Shown here: piece by piece, positions 15,589-26,027 of the stretch
Layout of the letters: each line of letters starts with the position of its first letter
Numbering within the stretch: the first letter of the stretch is position 1
Program-made: the position numbers and the translations under genes
Source of the DNA: a virus
Lineage: Duplodnaviria; Caudoviricetes
Reading direction: 5' to 3' (one strand)
Length of the DNA stretch: 52,362 nucleotides
Virus record (IMG/VR): IMGVR_UViG_3300028027_000073
Coordinates: 1-52,362 of that record
The notes under the pieces: model-generated
What the model saw: only the letters and a program-made list of their open reading frames with translations
What the model was told of the DNA's origin: nothing
The model's database searches: none

Positions 15589-17015
15589 TATCTATTACCT
15601 TGTTGTTCTAAAGTAACGTCTATAGTAACTGCTGTAGTCCAACCACCTGTAGGAGTAACTTGAACTCTATAGTAACGACCAGCACTTCTAACAGATGCTC
15701 TATTTTCAGATGATGTTGCTACAGGTGTTGAATATACAACAGGGTCACTTAATAATTTACGACTTGCTACTGCAATATTACAAGAACCATTGTCAATCTG
15801 TGAACGCACTAATGTCATTACAGAGTCATAACCTTCTTCAATTTCACCTACAATTAAAGAAGCTGTAGAATTGGCACCTGTAAATGTCACTATTCTGTTA
15901 GTTGTAACTCCGCCTAATAGTAACTTACCACCTACCCAAATTCTATCATCTAAAGATGCAGGTAATGTGTCTAAAGAACCAAATACGTCTAATTCTTCTA
16001 ATGTAAATCCTGAAGTTGCTAATGATGCAATATATTTTGTTGTTGTTTGAGCAGAAGACCACTTACCAAGTTTCCAGTTGTAAATAAGGATAGAACGGTC
16101 ACCAGAAATGTTTGGATAATTCCACATAACAAGACTTCTTACTGGGTCTACAGCAGCAGATATAGTATCAATACTACCAGCGTTCATGTTATCGTAGAAC
16201 CATCTATCTACTTTTTCTTTGCCTATAGGTGTAATGTTTTGACCATCACATGAATAGAAACCATCATCTGATAAGAAGTATGTAATACCACCGTATTGTG
16301 CTACAGAACCACCTGTAACGCATCCAATACCTCTTGAAATATTGTCAAATTGGAAGAAATATGGCGAACCAATATAGGTCATGCGAGTAATACCACGTTC
16401 TAGTAGTATTAAACCAAATTCACCACCTGTAATATTTTGTATGTTGCCACCGTCACTAATTATTTGGAAGTCACTTTGTGATGCTGCACCAGAAGTCCAA
16501 TTAGTTTCGTCATTAATGTCAGACCATTGCACTTTGTTAGCGTTTGTACCACCATCTAGGTTAGCACAGACTACAAAGTCACGAACAGTTGTGATGTATT
16601 TAGCTATAGGAGCAGCAGCAGCTACGTCAGCAAATGCAGTAGATGTGCCTACAGTCCATGCTTGTACTTTAGAGGCATCATTAACTGCTAGTAATACGTT
16701 ACCAAATTGTGTAAAATACCATCTAGCAGAACCTGCATATCCACCAGCTTTAGATACATCATCTAGGTTAAGTGTAGCAGCATTAAACTTAAATAGTTTA
16801 GATGTGCCACCAGCAAAGACCTGTGTTAAATTGTTAAATTTAGCAGCGTGTATATTGGTAAGGGTTTCAGAACCAGCATTAGAGTAGTTAGCAGATAATG
16901 GAAATGCTCCATATCCAGAAGCTACAGGAATGACGTTTGTAACGTCTTGCATTGTACCTACAATACTAGGTTGGTCTGGTAACCATTCACCAAATGGTAT
17001 TCTTTTGACAGGCAT
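15588..17015 (-). CDS. Tail hub/nozzle protein (P22 gp10-like)
   Basis: FGEWLPDQP N-terminus; beta-propeller-like repeats (VQWSDIND, YFLSDDGFY). Confidence 0.75.
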   Translation of the reverse strand: MPVKRIPFGEWLPDQPSIVGTMQDVTNVIPVASGYGAFPLSANYSNAGSETLTNIHAAKFNNLTQVFAGGTSKLFKFNAATLNLDDVSKAGGYAGSARWYFTQFGNVLLAVNDASKVQAWTVGTSTAFADVAAAAPIAKYITTVRDFVVCANLDGGTNANKVQWSDINDETNWTSGAASQSDFQIISDGGNIQNITGGEFGLILLERGITRMTYIGSPYFFQFDNISRGIGCVTGGSVAQYGGITYFLSDDGFYSCDGQNITPIGKEKVDRWFYDNMNAGSIDTISAAVDPVRSLVMWNYPNISGDRSILIYNWKLGKWSSAQTTTKYIASLATSGFTLEELDVFGSLDTLPASLDDRIWVGGKLLLGGVTTNRIVTFTGANSTASLIVGEIEEGYDSVMTLVRSQIDNGSCNIAVASRKLLSDPVVYSTPVATSSENRASVRSAGRYYRVQVTPTGGWTTAVTIDVTLEQQGNR

Positions 17016-17449
17016 TACTCACCCCAATTTTGTGCGTTTAAAACCTCAATAAGAGCTTCTACAGTAGTTGATGCGTTAATATCAACTTCTAATCTGTTTG
17101 CTTCTGTAACGATTTGTGTACGTTTTAGAGTTACTTCTGCAGGTACTTCTACAGCACGTTCTGCTTTACGGATAATAACCCAGTCAGTTTGTGATAATAG
17201 TTTACCTGCTGTGTCTTTAACTTCAGCTACATATTGTGCTTTAAGTCCTACTAGGTCTTTAGGGTTGTTTACATCACCATCCCAATAAAATCTATCGTCA
17301 GCACGAACTGGGTCAGCTACCCACGTAATACCTACAGCGTTTTTTTCTTCTTCTGTAGAAAGGTTAAGCCAGTTAGCTGGATATTGGTTACCATTAGCGT
17401 CTTTAAAAGCTGTGCCTTCTGGGAGTCTGTTACCGTTTAATAAAAACAT
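17015..17449 (-). CDS. Tail-fibre-associated/chaperone-like protein
   Basis: YPANWL, LSQTDW.IIRKAE; follows the large receptor-binding protein gene. Confidence 0.55.
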   Translation of the reverse strand: MFLLNGNRLPEGTAFKDANGNQYPANWLNLSTEEEKNAVGITWVADPVRADDRFYWDGDVNNPKDLVGLKAQYVAEVKDTAGKLLSQTDWVIIRKAERAVEVPAEVTLKRTQIVTEANRLEVDINASTTVEALIEVLNAQNWGE

Positions 17450-17457
17450 ATTTTTCC

Positions 17458-19830
17458 TTATCTTGCGTTAGAGTTTTTGAATGGGTTTTCTGCAAATGCC
17501 ATGTATATCATAGTTGCTGCATTAGTATTAATATCTATATAAGAACTCCGTAATTTAAATCCATTGGATAAAATATCCCATGACAAATCAGTTGCTTCTG
17601 CATTAGACGCATTTGCTAGTAAATATGGGTTCACTACATTATATGTAGCACGAGATGTATCAAGCATATACCATGAACCTGTAGAGTCTGTTCTTTTAAT
17701 CATTACAAATTTAGGTCTAAATCCAAGATATACAAAAGTACCGTCAGCACTACCATTACCTGTGTAAGAACCAAACTTACTAAAGCCAGCTATTTCTGCC
17801 CAGCAATAGGCAACATAAGTGCGAGTGCTACCATTAACATCATTATTAGTTCCCACAGAAAATACTGTAGATGTTGGTGATGTATCGTTCCATAAAGTAA
17901 TTGATGACGCAGAAGCATTAGCAGCATTTAATTGAAGGTATTGAGTTGCACCAGTAGAACTATGATAAACTGCCCAATTATCAATTGCATTTCTAGTTTT
18001 AACAATTATCATTTTAGGTGCAACACCTAAACCATGTCCTACTGTTGCATTAGCACCTGTTCCTGTATAAGTCACTACACTAAACCCAGCAGTTGTACTT
18101 GCTCTTACTTGTGCTGATATAGTGCCACTAGTGTTAGTAACTGTAGATGCACTAGCTTGCCATTGCCAGCCTACATAAGTTTGCCCACTTTCGTTACTAG
18201 CTACGTCAGACCCAACAGAAAAACCATTTGAATTAAATGCAGTAAGAGTTCCTGATTGATTTGCCTCTGCAGCTGTTTCGTTACTAGAAATACGATTTAA
18301 AACTCCACGAATAGTATCAAATAACCAATGTGAACTATTTGAAGAACGTTCTTTAAACCATACTAAATCTGGTCTAAATCCTGCTGCATTAGTAATAGTT
18401 TGTGTTGTGCCATTGCCTGTATATAGCGTTGCATCCATAACAGTATTAGCTTTTTTGATAGTGCTATCAGGTAAATTAAATGTGTTTACTGCTGAAAAAC
18501 CTGTAGGCAATGCAGTAAATGGTCTTTGACCAAAGTTCCAATGTCCTGTAACAGTTGAAGCTGGATTATTTCCATTAGCAAAATAATATGTGCCAGCAGG
18601 AATACTAGAATAAGCTACACCTTGAGATGCACCATTTTTATAAAATGTAATTGTTCTTGCATCTGCATCAAAAGCAACCCCTATAACATCATTTAGTCCC
18701 CATGTTGCACCATAAGATGTTTGAGTATTATTATTAGCTTTAAAACCATTGCTATTTAAATATGAATATTCACCTGCATTTTGACCTAACCAAGAATGGT
18801 TTGGATTAATTGAGTCTAATGAAATACCAACATACATAGCTCCACCTGCTGGTGTTGTTCCTTGTGTCCATTCAGCATACCATTTACCAGACGTTATTCC
18901 ATATGTTGAATATGCTATTGAATTTGTAGCACCTGTAGCACTATATGATAAATTACCATTTGTTATGGTAACTGCAGAACCTTTCCATAAAGGATTAATA
19001 ACAGCATAATTACCAGTAGTAATACTTGTATTAGTAGGCACATCTTTCATTGAGTCATATGTTGTACCTGCTGTGATACTGATATTGTTAGTTACCCAAT
19101 AATTAGTATTACCACTAAAGTCTTTACCTAGACCTACGTTAGATGATGTAGTAAGTGCAGAGTTATCTGTAAATGGTAAGTAGAAACCGTTAGTACCGTA
19201 AGTGCCACTATATTTTTTAGGTATCCATGAACCTGTAACAGCGTCTGTAGAGCCGAATGATGATGGTGTTAGGGCTTGTCCGTCTACAAAGTTTACTTCA
19301 GCTAGGTAGCCGTCTAAATAAGAGCCGCTAAAATATTGCCCTATTTGATGTTGATTGGTAGCATTAACTAATAAATCTTGATTTTGTGAATATCCTCCAG
19401 CACCACCAAATGTATATGGAAATGTTTGTTGTATACCATTTACATATAATTTAACTCCATTAGCGGATGATGCTTGTGTTGTATCTACAACTAATACAAT
19501 ATGATACCAAGCAGATGGGTCACGAAATACAGCGGATGTAGCATAAGACCAATTTTGAACTCCACCACCAATATAGTGTTGAAACTGTATTAAGTCATTT
19601 GTAAAATAAAATGCTGTAGATTGATTTGAACCAGATGAACCACTACCAAATAAACCAAATGCAGTTGATGATGATAAAGTTCCTCTTTTTACCCATCCAC
19701 TCCAAGTCCATGTTTTTCTGTTAGATGCAGTTGCTGGTGTTCTTGATAAAAAAGCAGAAGCACTAGCTCTAAATCTTAAAGAGTTGTTGATGTTATATCC
19801 AGAAGCATTATTTCCTGCTATGTTAAACAT
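17458..19830 (-). CDS. Putative receptor-binding protein with LamG/ConA-like and SPRY-like domains
   Basis: WTWSGWVKR, WYHIVLVVD..LYVNG; GKWYAE..VIGVAFD..FYKNG; repeated YTGNG/GFRP. Confidence 0.8.
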   Translation of the reverse strand: MFNIAGNNASGYNINNSLRFRASASAFLSRTPATASNRKTWTWSGWVKRGTLSSSTAFGLFGSGSSGSNQSTAFYFTNDLIQFQHYIGGGVQNWSYATSAVFRDPSAWYHIVLVVDTTQASSANGVKLYVNGIQQTFPYTFGGAGGYSQNQDLLVNATNQHQIGQYFSGSYLDGYLAEVNFVDGQALTPSSFGSTDAVTGSWIPKKYSGTYGTNGFYLPFTDNSALTTSSNVGLGKDFSGNTNYWVTNNISITAGTTYDSMKDVPTNTSITTGNYAVINPLWKGSAVTITNGNLSYSATGATNSIAYSTYGITSGKWYAEWTQGTTPAGGAMYVGISLDSINPNHSWLGQNAGEYSYLNSNGFKANNNTQTSYGATWGLNDVIGVAFDADARTITFYKNGASQGVAYSSIPAGTYYFANGNNPASTVTGHWNFGQRPFTALPTGFSAVNTFNLPDSTIKKANTVMDATLYTGNGTTQTITNAAGFRPDLVWFKERSSNSSHWLFDTIRGVLNRISSNETAAEANQSGTLTAFNSNGFSVGSDVASNESGQTYVGWQWQASASTVTNTSGTISAQVRASTTAGFSVVTYTGTGANATVGHGLGVAPKMIIVKTRNAIDNWAVYHSSTGATQYLQLNAANASASSITLWNDTSPTSTVFSVGTNNDVNGSTRTYVAYCWAEIAGFSKFGSYTGNGSADGTFVYLGFRPKFVMIKRTDSTGSWYMLDTSRATYNVVNPYLLANASNAEATDLSWDILSNGFKLRSSYIDINTNAATMIYMAFAENPFKNSNAR

Positions 19831-20837
19831 TAAGCAACTCCTTGTGTACGACCTTGTTCATATAGATTTGTGCCATCACTTCTGAATGTAAAGAAGTCTT
19901 TAGCGTCAGCAGCAGTAGAAAGTGTAGGTGCTTCAGCTCTTTCCCATTTAAATACGCTATCCCATGATAATGTTCTTGAGCCTGTAGCATCTTGGTATAC
20001 TGCTAGACCATAATAAGCACCGTCTTTAAGATTTGTAGGTGCTCCTACTGTTCTGTTATCTGTTAAAGTAACTGTAGCTGTTTGACCCAAGTCTGTGTTC
20101 CATGCAATAGTTGAAGCGTCTGTAAGAGTAATAGGTAATGAATAACCTGTTCCTGTAACTGTAAGTGTACTTGTAAGTGTTAATCCTCCAGTAATAGAAT
20201 TAAGATTAACAATATAAGAATTACTACCAAATGTTACCACAAATTTAACTGTAACATTGCCAGAAGTAGAAAGACTTGTAGCACCTGTACAGATAAATGT
20301 ATTGGCATCACTAACTGAAGTTACTGTAGTAGAAGCGTCTACACCAGTACCAGATGTAAAGTCTAGGTAAATCTTGTCACCAGCTAAAAGACCATGAGAT
20401 GTTGCTGAAATAGTAATTGTTGTACCAGATTGTGAATAAGTAGCTGAAATACTATCACGACCAATATTAGCACTACCGTTTACATCTAGTGTTACTGCTG
20501 GAGATGATTTGTTGATACCTACACGATTGTTAGTAGCATCCAATCTTAATGTGCCACTATCAAAAGATAAACCATTAGGAATAGCAACTGTAGAAGCATT
20601 TAATGTAACTGCATCACCGCTAGCGTCACCAATTGTAGCACTTCCTGTAACAGATAAATTATTACCTACTGTGAAGTCTGAACCATCTAAACCTGCTTGC
20701 TGATTTTTAAGTTCAGCTAAAATTTCACGCATAGCATTATTAACGTCTGACGGAGCCATGCCCTCGCCAATATTAATACCATTTACGTTTGTGTTACTGG
20801 CTGCGGTAGATGAATATTCACTAATTTTTGTTGCCAT
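19830..20837 (-). CDS. Tail fibre protein
   Basis: EGMAPSDVNNAMRE N-terminus; RVGINKSSP; C-terminal QDATGSRTL domain. Confidence 0.8.
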   Translation of the reverse strand: MATKISEYSSTAASNTNVNGINIGEGMAPSDVNNAMREILAELKNQQAGLDGSDFTVGNNLSVTGSATIGDASGDAVTLNASTVAIPNGLSFDSGTLRLDATNNRVGINKSSPAVTLDVNGSANIGRDSISATYSQSGTTITISATSHGLLAGDKIYLDFTSGTGVDASTTVTSVSDANTFICTGATSLSTSGNVTVKFVVTFGSNSYIVNLNSITGGLTLTSTLTVTGTGYSLPITLTDASTIAWNTDLGQTATVTLTDNRTVGAPTNLKDGAYYGLAVYQDATGSRTLSWDSVFKWERAEAPTLSTAADAKDFFTFRSDGTNLYEQGRTQGVA

Positions 20838-20840
20838 TTT

Positions 20841-21254
20841 TTATCCTTTTAATAACCATGTATTTGAACCTGCTGTAACTTCTGTCCATGTTTCAGGACT
20901 TGCTGTTACAGTAGTCCATGTGTCTGTGCCTTCTATTACTGTATCCCAGTTATAACCAAATCTTATTCCATTTGCAGTTAAATTAGCAGTTCCTATAATA
21001 CCTGCTGCTCTACGATATATAGCGACTGGAAATGCTGTTACTATGGCTTCAGCATATATTGACGCAAAACCAGAGTAAACCATACCACCTAATGCTGTTA
21101 ATGTTGCAATGCCTGTAATACTTGCAGAGCTATAAGCATCTGAAGAACCATCTGCTGTAACTATTGCATAAGTAGTAATGCTAGCATTAGCAAACTGTTC
21201 ACCAACAAAAGCTGTGCTAAATGGAGCTTGTGAAAACCCACTTAACCCAAACAT
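20841..21254 (-). CDS. Tail/virion structural protein
   Basis: [13 protein letters not shown] start; Ala/Thr-rich; TW repeats. Confidence 0.65.
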   Translation of the reverse strand: MFGLSGFSQAPFSTAFVGEQFANASITTYAIVTADGSSDAYSSASITGIATLTALGGMVYSGFASIYAEAIVTAFPVAIYRRAAGIIGTANLTANGIRFGYNWDTVIEGTDTWTTVTASPETWTEVTAGSNTWLLKG

Positions 21255-22819
21255 TATGCTACTCCTAAACTACGACCTTGTTCGTAAAGGTTTGTACCGT
21301 CTGAACGGAATACAAAGAAATCTTTAGCATTTGCAGCAGTTGATAATGTAGGAGCTGTACCACCAGCCCAATCAAATACAGCGTTCCATGTAATTGTTCT
21401 TGAACCTGTGCCATCTTGTATTACGCATAATGAATAAAATCCACCATTAACTAAACCTGTTGGAGCACCAAATGTTCTGTTACCAGCAATAGTTACTGTA
21501 GCTACTTGAGCTGCACCTACTGCCCATGAGATAGTTGCACCGTCTGTTAATGTTGCAGCACCAAAATATTGTTGTGCAGTAAAGTTAGTTGCTGTAGATG
21601 AAACTACATAATCTGTGCCTGCTGTAGCATTTGCTAAAGCACCACCACTATTTGCTTTTAAAATAGCTGTGCCAGAAGGTGGAGCTAAATAATCTGTACC
21701 TGCAGTAGCAGCAGTAAATGCAGAAGTACCATTTCCTTTTAAAACACCAGTAAGTGTAGTAGCACCTGTGCCACCGTTACCTACTGCTAGAGTACCTGTA
21801 ATACCTGTAGTTAATGGTAAATCTGTGCAACTTGATAAAGTTCCAGATGCAGGAGTTCCTAATGCAGGTGTTGTTAATACTGGTGATGTTAATGTTTTAT
21901 TTGTAAGTGTTTGACTTCCAGTTAATGTAGTAACTGTAGAGTCAATAGAAAATTGTGTTCCAGTAAGTGTTAATCCTGTACCTGCTGTATATGTACCAGC
22001 ACCAGAGAATTGTGTAAAATTAACTGCAGATGTACCAATAGTAGTTACTGGGTCTATAATTATCCAACCAGTATCATTATTAACTGTGCCATGCACTACA
22101 AAGAAAAAGTCACCACCATTTAATTCTGTTGTAGTATCAGCGTCAGTAGCTCTAGTTAATACTGTTCCACCAGTAGCCCATGTATAAATACCATTGTGAG
22201 CAGCATTTGCTTGGTTTTTAACAAGTACTCTATCGTTATTAACTAATGTATATCCGTCTAATACTGTAAGTGCTGTGCCTAATGTAAGTGTAGCACCTAC
22301 ACCAGATGTTCCATTGTTATAGGTTACAACTCCAGATAAAGCAGCAGTTGTGGCAGCAGATACTGCGTCATGCACATGAAGTCCAGTTATAGCAGCGTCT
22401 ACATATTGTTTTGTAGCTACTTCTAATGACGCAGTTGGATTGGCAGTAACAACAATAGAACCACCAGTAATAGATACGTTATCACTATTTTGACTTGCAA
22501 TAGTTCCAATAGCGTCTGTAGTAACTGATTTACCTGCTGGGTATGAACAGAATACATCTTTTGTACCTGCAGTAAATGTAACAGCAGAACCAGCGTTAGA
22601 TGATGCTAATACAGTTGTTCTAGCTAATGTGCCAGCACCTACCGTACCAATACCTACTTCCCATTCTGAACCGTTGGTAATAGTGTAATAAGTTGTGTTT
22701 GTGTTACCAATAGCAGCAGAGAATGTTTGGAACCCAGTAACAGCACCTGCAAGCGTGAGTGTACCTGTGCCTGTAGTGGTACTGGTTTCTCGTACCCTAT
22801 CTTTAACTACGAGAGCCAT
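21254..22819 (-). CDS. Tail fibre protein
   Basis: [38 protein letters not shown]; C-terminal QDGTGSRTI domain. Confidence 0.82.
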   Translation of the reverse strand: MALVVKDRVRETSTTTGTGTLTLAGAVTGFQTFSAAIGNTNTTYYTITNGSEWEVGIGTVGAGTLARTTVLASSNAGSAVTFTAGTKDVFCSYPAGKSVTTDAIGTIASQNSDNVSITGGSIVVTANPTASLEVATKQYVDAAITGLHVHDAVSAATTAALSGVVTYNNGTSGVGATLTLGTALTVLDGYTLVNNDRVLVKNQANAAHNGIYTWATGGTVLTRATDADTTTELNGGDFFFVVHGTVNNDTGWIIIDPVTTIGTSAVNFTQFSGAGTYTAGTGLTLTGTQFSIDSTVTTLTGSQTLTNKTLTSPVLTTPALGTPASGTLSSCTDLPLTTGITGTLAVGNGGTGATTLTGVLKGNGTSAFTAATAGTDYLAPPSGTAILKANSGGALANATAGTDYVVSSTATNFTAQQYFGAATLTDGATISWAVGAAQVATVTIAGNRTFGAPTGLVNGGFYSLCVIQDGTGSRTITWNAVFDWAGGTAPTLSTAANAKDFFVFRSDGTNLYEQGRSLGVA

Positions 22820-22828
22820 GAGTTATCC

Positions 22829-23215
22829 TTACGCTAATGTTACTGAAAGATTACCAGTAGTGATTTTAAATATGTCACCTAAGTCAATAGTTTTGCTTGC
22901 ATCTAAAGGTGTATGGTAAAGAAGATTGCCACTTGTAAGTGCATCATTAATACCAATCCAACCTACAGTTCCCCATGAACCAGTTGCTGTTGGAAAAGTA
23001 ATGTCAGCATTGTTTGTAGTGACTCCACCTGAAGGAGCAGCAAAGGTGACAGCAGTTCTAGCGTAAGAGCCACCACTAACTTCTGTGCCACTACCTGCGT
23101 CTGTAGGGTCTGAAGTCCATAGTGATACGTATACTGCTGCTGGTGATGTATATGTTGTTGCTCTTAGAGTTGCATTTATAAGTGCGTTTTCTAAAAAGTT
23201 ACTAAATTCTGCCAT
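22829..23215 (-). CDS. Virion structural/fibre-associated protein
   Basis: EVSGGSYAR, FPTATGSWGTV, GNLLYH motifs. Confidence 0.7.
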   Translation of the reverse strand: MAEFSNFLENALINATLRATTYTSPAAVYVSLWTSDPTDAGSGTEVSGGSYARTAVTFAAPSGGVTTNNADITFPTATGSWGTVGWIGINDALTSGNLLYHTPLDASKTIDLGDIFKITTGNLSVTLA

Positions 23216-23224
23216 GACTGTTCC

Positions 23225-23833
23225 TTATCGTGGTGTTACATTTAATGTAGTGTATGAATATGTTTGACCTAAGTCGCTTGTTTTAATATTTCCAATTGCT
23301 CTGTCGTATAATGCAGACCATGTTTGCACTCTAGCGTCATTCATAAGATATGGTTCTGCTTCTGCTAATGTTGCGTAAAGTAAAGCATCTGGATAGTATG
23401 CTAAATACAAGTTACTAGAAGTTGTGCTAGAAATAAATGTAGGTTGAGCATAATATAGAATTTGAATTGTGTAATCTGTATCTTGAGTAGGTGCAAATTG
23501 AAACTCTGTACCTAACATTGTAAAGTAATGTGAACGACCTGATAATGTTGTTTGTCCATTACGGAAGAATAAGTCAGGTGTTTGAAACTCTAAGATAATA
23601 GGTGGATTACCCTGAAAGTGCATCTCTCGTAACTCTAAAAAGTCATTAGGAAATGCTACCTTATTATCAGTAGGAGAAGTAGTAGCAACTTTTAACATTC
23701 TTTCTGTTCTTAAATCACGACTCATTCTTAGCTGTGCTAATTGTATAAAGTCTGGAATAATGCTACTTAAGTCTGTTCTAGCAAGATAGCTTTCTACCGT
23801 TGATACAAACGTAGTATAGTTTGTTAATGCCAT
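23225..23833 (-). CDS. Head-tail adaptor (podoviral tail tubular protein A-like)
   Basis: IPDFIQLA..R..RDLR, PD.LLYATL.EA; position. Confidence 0.75.
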   Translation of the reverse strand: MALTNYTTFVSTVESYLARTDLSSIIPDFIQLAQLRMSRDLRTERMLKVATTSPTDNKVAFPNDFLELREMHFQGNPPIILEFQTPDLFFRNGQTTLSGRSHYFTMLGTEFQFAPTQDTDYTIQILYYAQPTFISSTTSSNLYLAYYPDALLYATLAEAEPYLMNDARVQTWSALYDRAIGNIKTSDLGQTYSYTTLNVTPR

Positions 23834-23842
23834 TATTAATCC

Positions 23843-24355
23843 TTATTGTTTTTTTACTAATACGATACAACCATTATCTATCTTTACTTGTTTAGCTATA
23901 GTAAAGCGAGTGCTGAGATGTTTATTCCACCACTCTAAAGGTTGTTGTATGAGGTGTGCGTTTCTACCGTCTGGTAATATTTTTATTGCTGGACCAGTAT
24001 GTATTGTAAATAGTCCGTATTTATCTACTACTCTTTTTAAATCATCTAGTACGTTATCTAGTAATTCAGGTTCTATGTGTTCAAGAACATCTATACATGT
24101 TACAAATTCGTTTGGTTCTGGTGTTTGACTCCATAATGGGTTACTAGGTTCATAAGGAGTGTAAATTACTTCTGACTTAATGCTGTCTTTTAGTCTACAT
24201 TTACCTGCACCGTAGTCTAATAAACTTGTAATACCAAAACTTTGTATAACATCATCAACAATTGGTGCAAAGAATGTACTTGCTATCCCATATTCAGGAT
24301 TTTCATGCAGTTTTGCCTGCATTTCTCTATATTCGTTAGAGATTAAGCTGTTCAA
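23843..24355 (-). CDS. Class I SAM-dependent methyltransferase
   Basis: LLDYGAGK, CIDVLEHI, DGRNAH. Confidence 0.88.
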   Translation of the reverse strand: MNSLISNEYREMQAKLHENPEYGIASTFFAPIVDDVIQSFGITSLLDYGAGKCRLKDSIKSEVIYTPYEPSNPLWSQTPEPNEFVTCIDVLEHIEPELLDNVLDDLKRVVDKYGLFTIHTGPAIKILPDGRNAHLIQQPLEWWNKHLSTRFTIAKQVKIDNGCIVLVKKQ

Positions 24356-25658
24356 TGACTTCTTTCCATGTTCTATCGTCTTGATAAATTAGTCTCATGT
24401 GGCGATACCAAAGCATACTTGGTTGAGCATATCTCCATTGGTGGTATTTAGGTACCAAGCACCATGTTTTAACGCCCATAGCAGCACTACAATGTAAAGC
24501 TGTAGTATTGACCCCTAAAACCATATCGCAAGCTCCTATAAGAGCTGCTGTATCATCATAATCTTTTGCGTCTGACGCTAATTCAAAGTACTTAACACCT
24601 TCAATTTTGCTTTCTACGCTATAATCTAAGCTAACTAATTGTATATCTTTGCGTTTAAGTAGTGGCTGTAAGTCTTCTTCTGTAAGAACACGACCTTTAG
24701 AGTTTGTTCTAAACGTACCGCCTTTAGTAGTGATACCTATTACCGTCTTACCCCAAGGCTTAAACATGGACTTCCACATCTCAACCTTATCTGTATCAGG
24801 TACTAGAAAAGGAGTCCCAGGAAAAGATTTATTTGTTGTCCTGAAAAACTGAGGTACTCCACCAATTGCACATCTTGCATTAATTGTAGCGTCATCTACC
24901 CACTCCGCATCTTCATCTTTACGTGTTCCATGCACTTCTGCTTTAGGAAAGCTACGTTTAAATATTGTCTCTAAGCGTTTGTCGCACTCTATATATACTT
25001 TGTTGCTAATTGCTATAGCGTCTGGTATACATGATGCGTAAAATATCTCATCACCTAAACCTTGTTCACCATATATAACTAAATCTTTACCAGATGAACC
25101 ATCCCATTTAACTTCGTCTTTATAAACTATCTCTTTACGGAACTTGCCACCTAGTGACTTATCCCATTCTTTCCAACCTTGTTCCCATTCACCTTTGGCT
25201 AGGTAACTATGGGCTAGGTTTAATTGTGCGTGTAGCTCGTTAGGATTGCATTCTAGAGCCATCTTTGCAGACTTCTCTGCATCATCCCATCTTGACATCT
25301 GAACAAGTGAAGCTGAAGCGTTAGCATAAGCTAATGCATAGCTAGGGTCTAATTCTGCTGACTTTAAGAAGTATTTAATTGCATCATCAAACATATCCAT
25401 TTCATGGCATGCACGACCTAAAGATGTCCATAATGCTTTATTGCTTGGTGCTTCTTGTAATGACCTACGGAATAACTGATATGCAAATGCAGGCTTTTCA
25501 CCCATCAACCAAATGTATCCTAGAAAATGTAATGTAGCTGCATCATTAGGATAAACCATTAAGACTTCGTTAATAATAGGTAAAGCTACCTCATACTCTT
25601 CTTTCTGTATAAGGTCATGTATTGCTAACTGTACTTTCTTTAATTCTTCTTTATCCAC
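24336..25658 (-). CDS. TPR-repeat protein fused to a GT-B (GT9-like) glycosyltransferase domain
   Basis: Several TPRs, then WDG...YGEQGLGDEI and DTAALI..CD.V..V.T..LH..AAMG. Confidence 0.85.
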   Translation of the reverse strand: MDKEELKKVQLAIHDLIQKEEYEVALPIINEVLMVYPNDAATLHFLGYIWLMGEKPAFAYQLFRRSLQEAPSNKALWTSLGRACHEMDMFDDAIKYFLKSAELDPSYALAYANASASLVQMSRWDDAEKSAKMALECNPNELHAQLNLAHSYLAKGEWEQGWKEWDKSLGGKFRKEIVYKDEVKWDGSSGKDLVIYGEQGLGDEIFYASCIPDAIAISNKVYIECDKRLETIFKRSFPKAEVHGTRKDEDAEWVDDATINARCAIGGVPQFFRTTNKSFPGTPFLVPDTDKVEMWKSMFKPWGKTVIGITTKGGTFRTNSKGRVLTEEDLQPLLKRKDIQLVSLDYSVESKIEGVKYFELASDAKDYDDTAALIGACDMVLGVNTTALHCSAAMGVKTWCLVPKYHQWRYAQPSMLWYRHMRLIYQDDRTWKEVIEQLNL

Positions 25659-25974
25659 GCTTTGTAGTCAACTTAAGATAAGGATAGTTTTCGTTTATTT
25701 CTTTTATGAGTTCTTTTGTTTGGCTAGGGTTATACATGTCTATACCCTTTTGCTTTAACTGCATTTCCACTACAGGTGGAATACTAGCAAAGTGCGCCCA
25801 TTCTTCTTTAACACCTTTATCCCATATTGCAGGGTTATCTCTTGCTTCTTTAATATTGTCTAACATGCCACTAATATCTTGTGTGCTAGTTAGGTAGTAT
25901 GTATCTTTAGCTGGGTCGTAGTCAAAGTACTGACTTACACCTGTTACGCTATTGTGGTCAAATAATATTGGCAT
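25651..25974 (-). CDS. Hypothetical protein downstream of the capsid gene
   Basis: QD...HFASIP motif; coupled to the TPR-GT gene. Confidence 0.7.
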   Translation of the reverse strand: MPILFDHNSVTGVSQYFDYDPAKDTYYLTSTQDISGMLDNIKEARDNPAIWDKGVKEEWAHFASIPPVVEMQLKQKGIDMYNPSQTKELIKEINENYPYLKLTTKRG

Positions 25975-26009
25975 AGTAAAAATAATAGAGGGAGAATTAA
26001 CTCCCCCTA
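25975..26009 (-). terminator. Intrinsic terminator after the major capsid gene
   Basis: TAGGGGGAG-TTAATT-CTCCCTCTA followed by TTATTTTT. Confidence 0.7.
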
Positions 26010-26027
26010 CTATATCACATCTAGTTA

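Noticed and set aside
16381-16887. Long antisense ORFs over structural genes (also 26347..26658, 13068..13322, 34380..34721)
   Set aside because: Shadows of strongly biased sense genes; no motifs or RBS
17458-22819. Diversity-generating retroelement or invertible fibre cassette
   Set aside because: No reverse transcriptase or recombinase; the shared fibre C-termini differ at all base types, not just adenines
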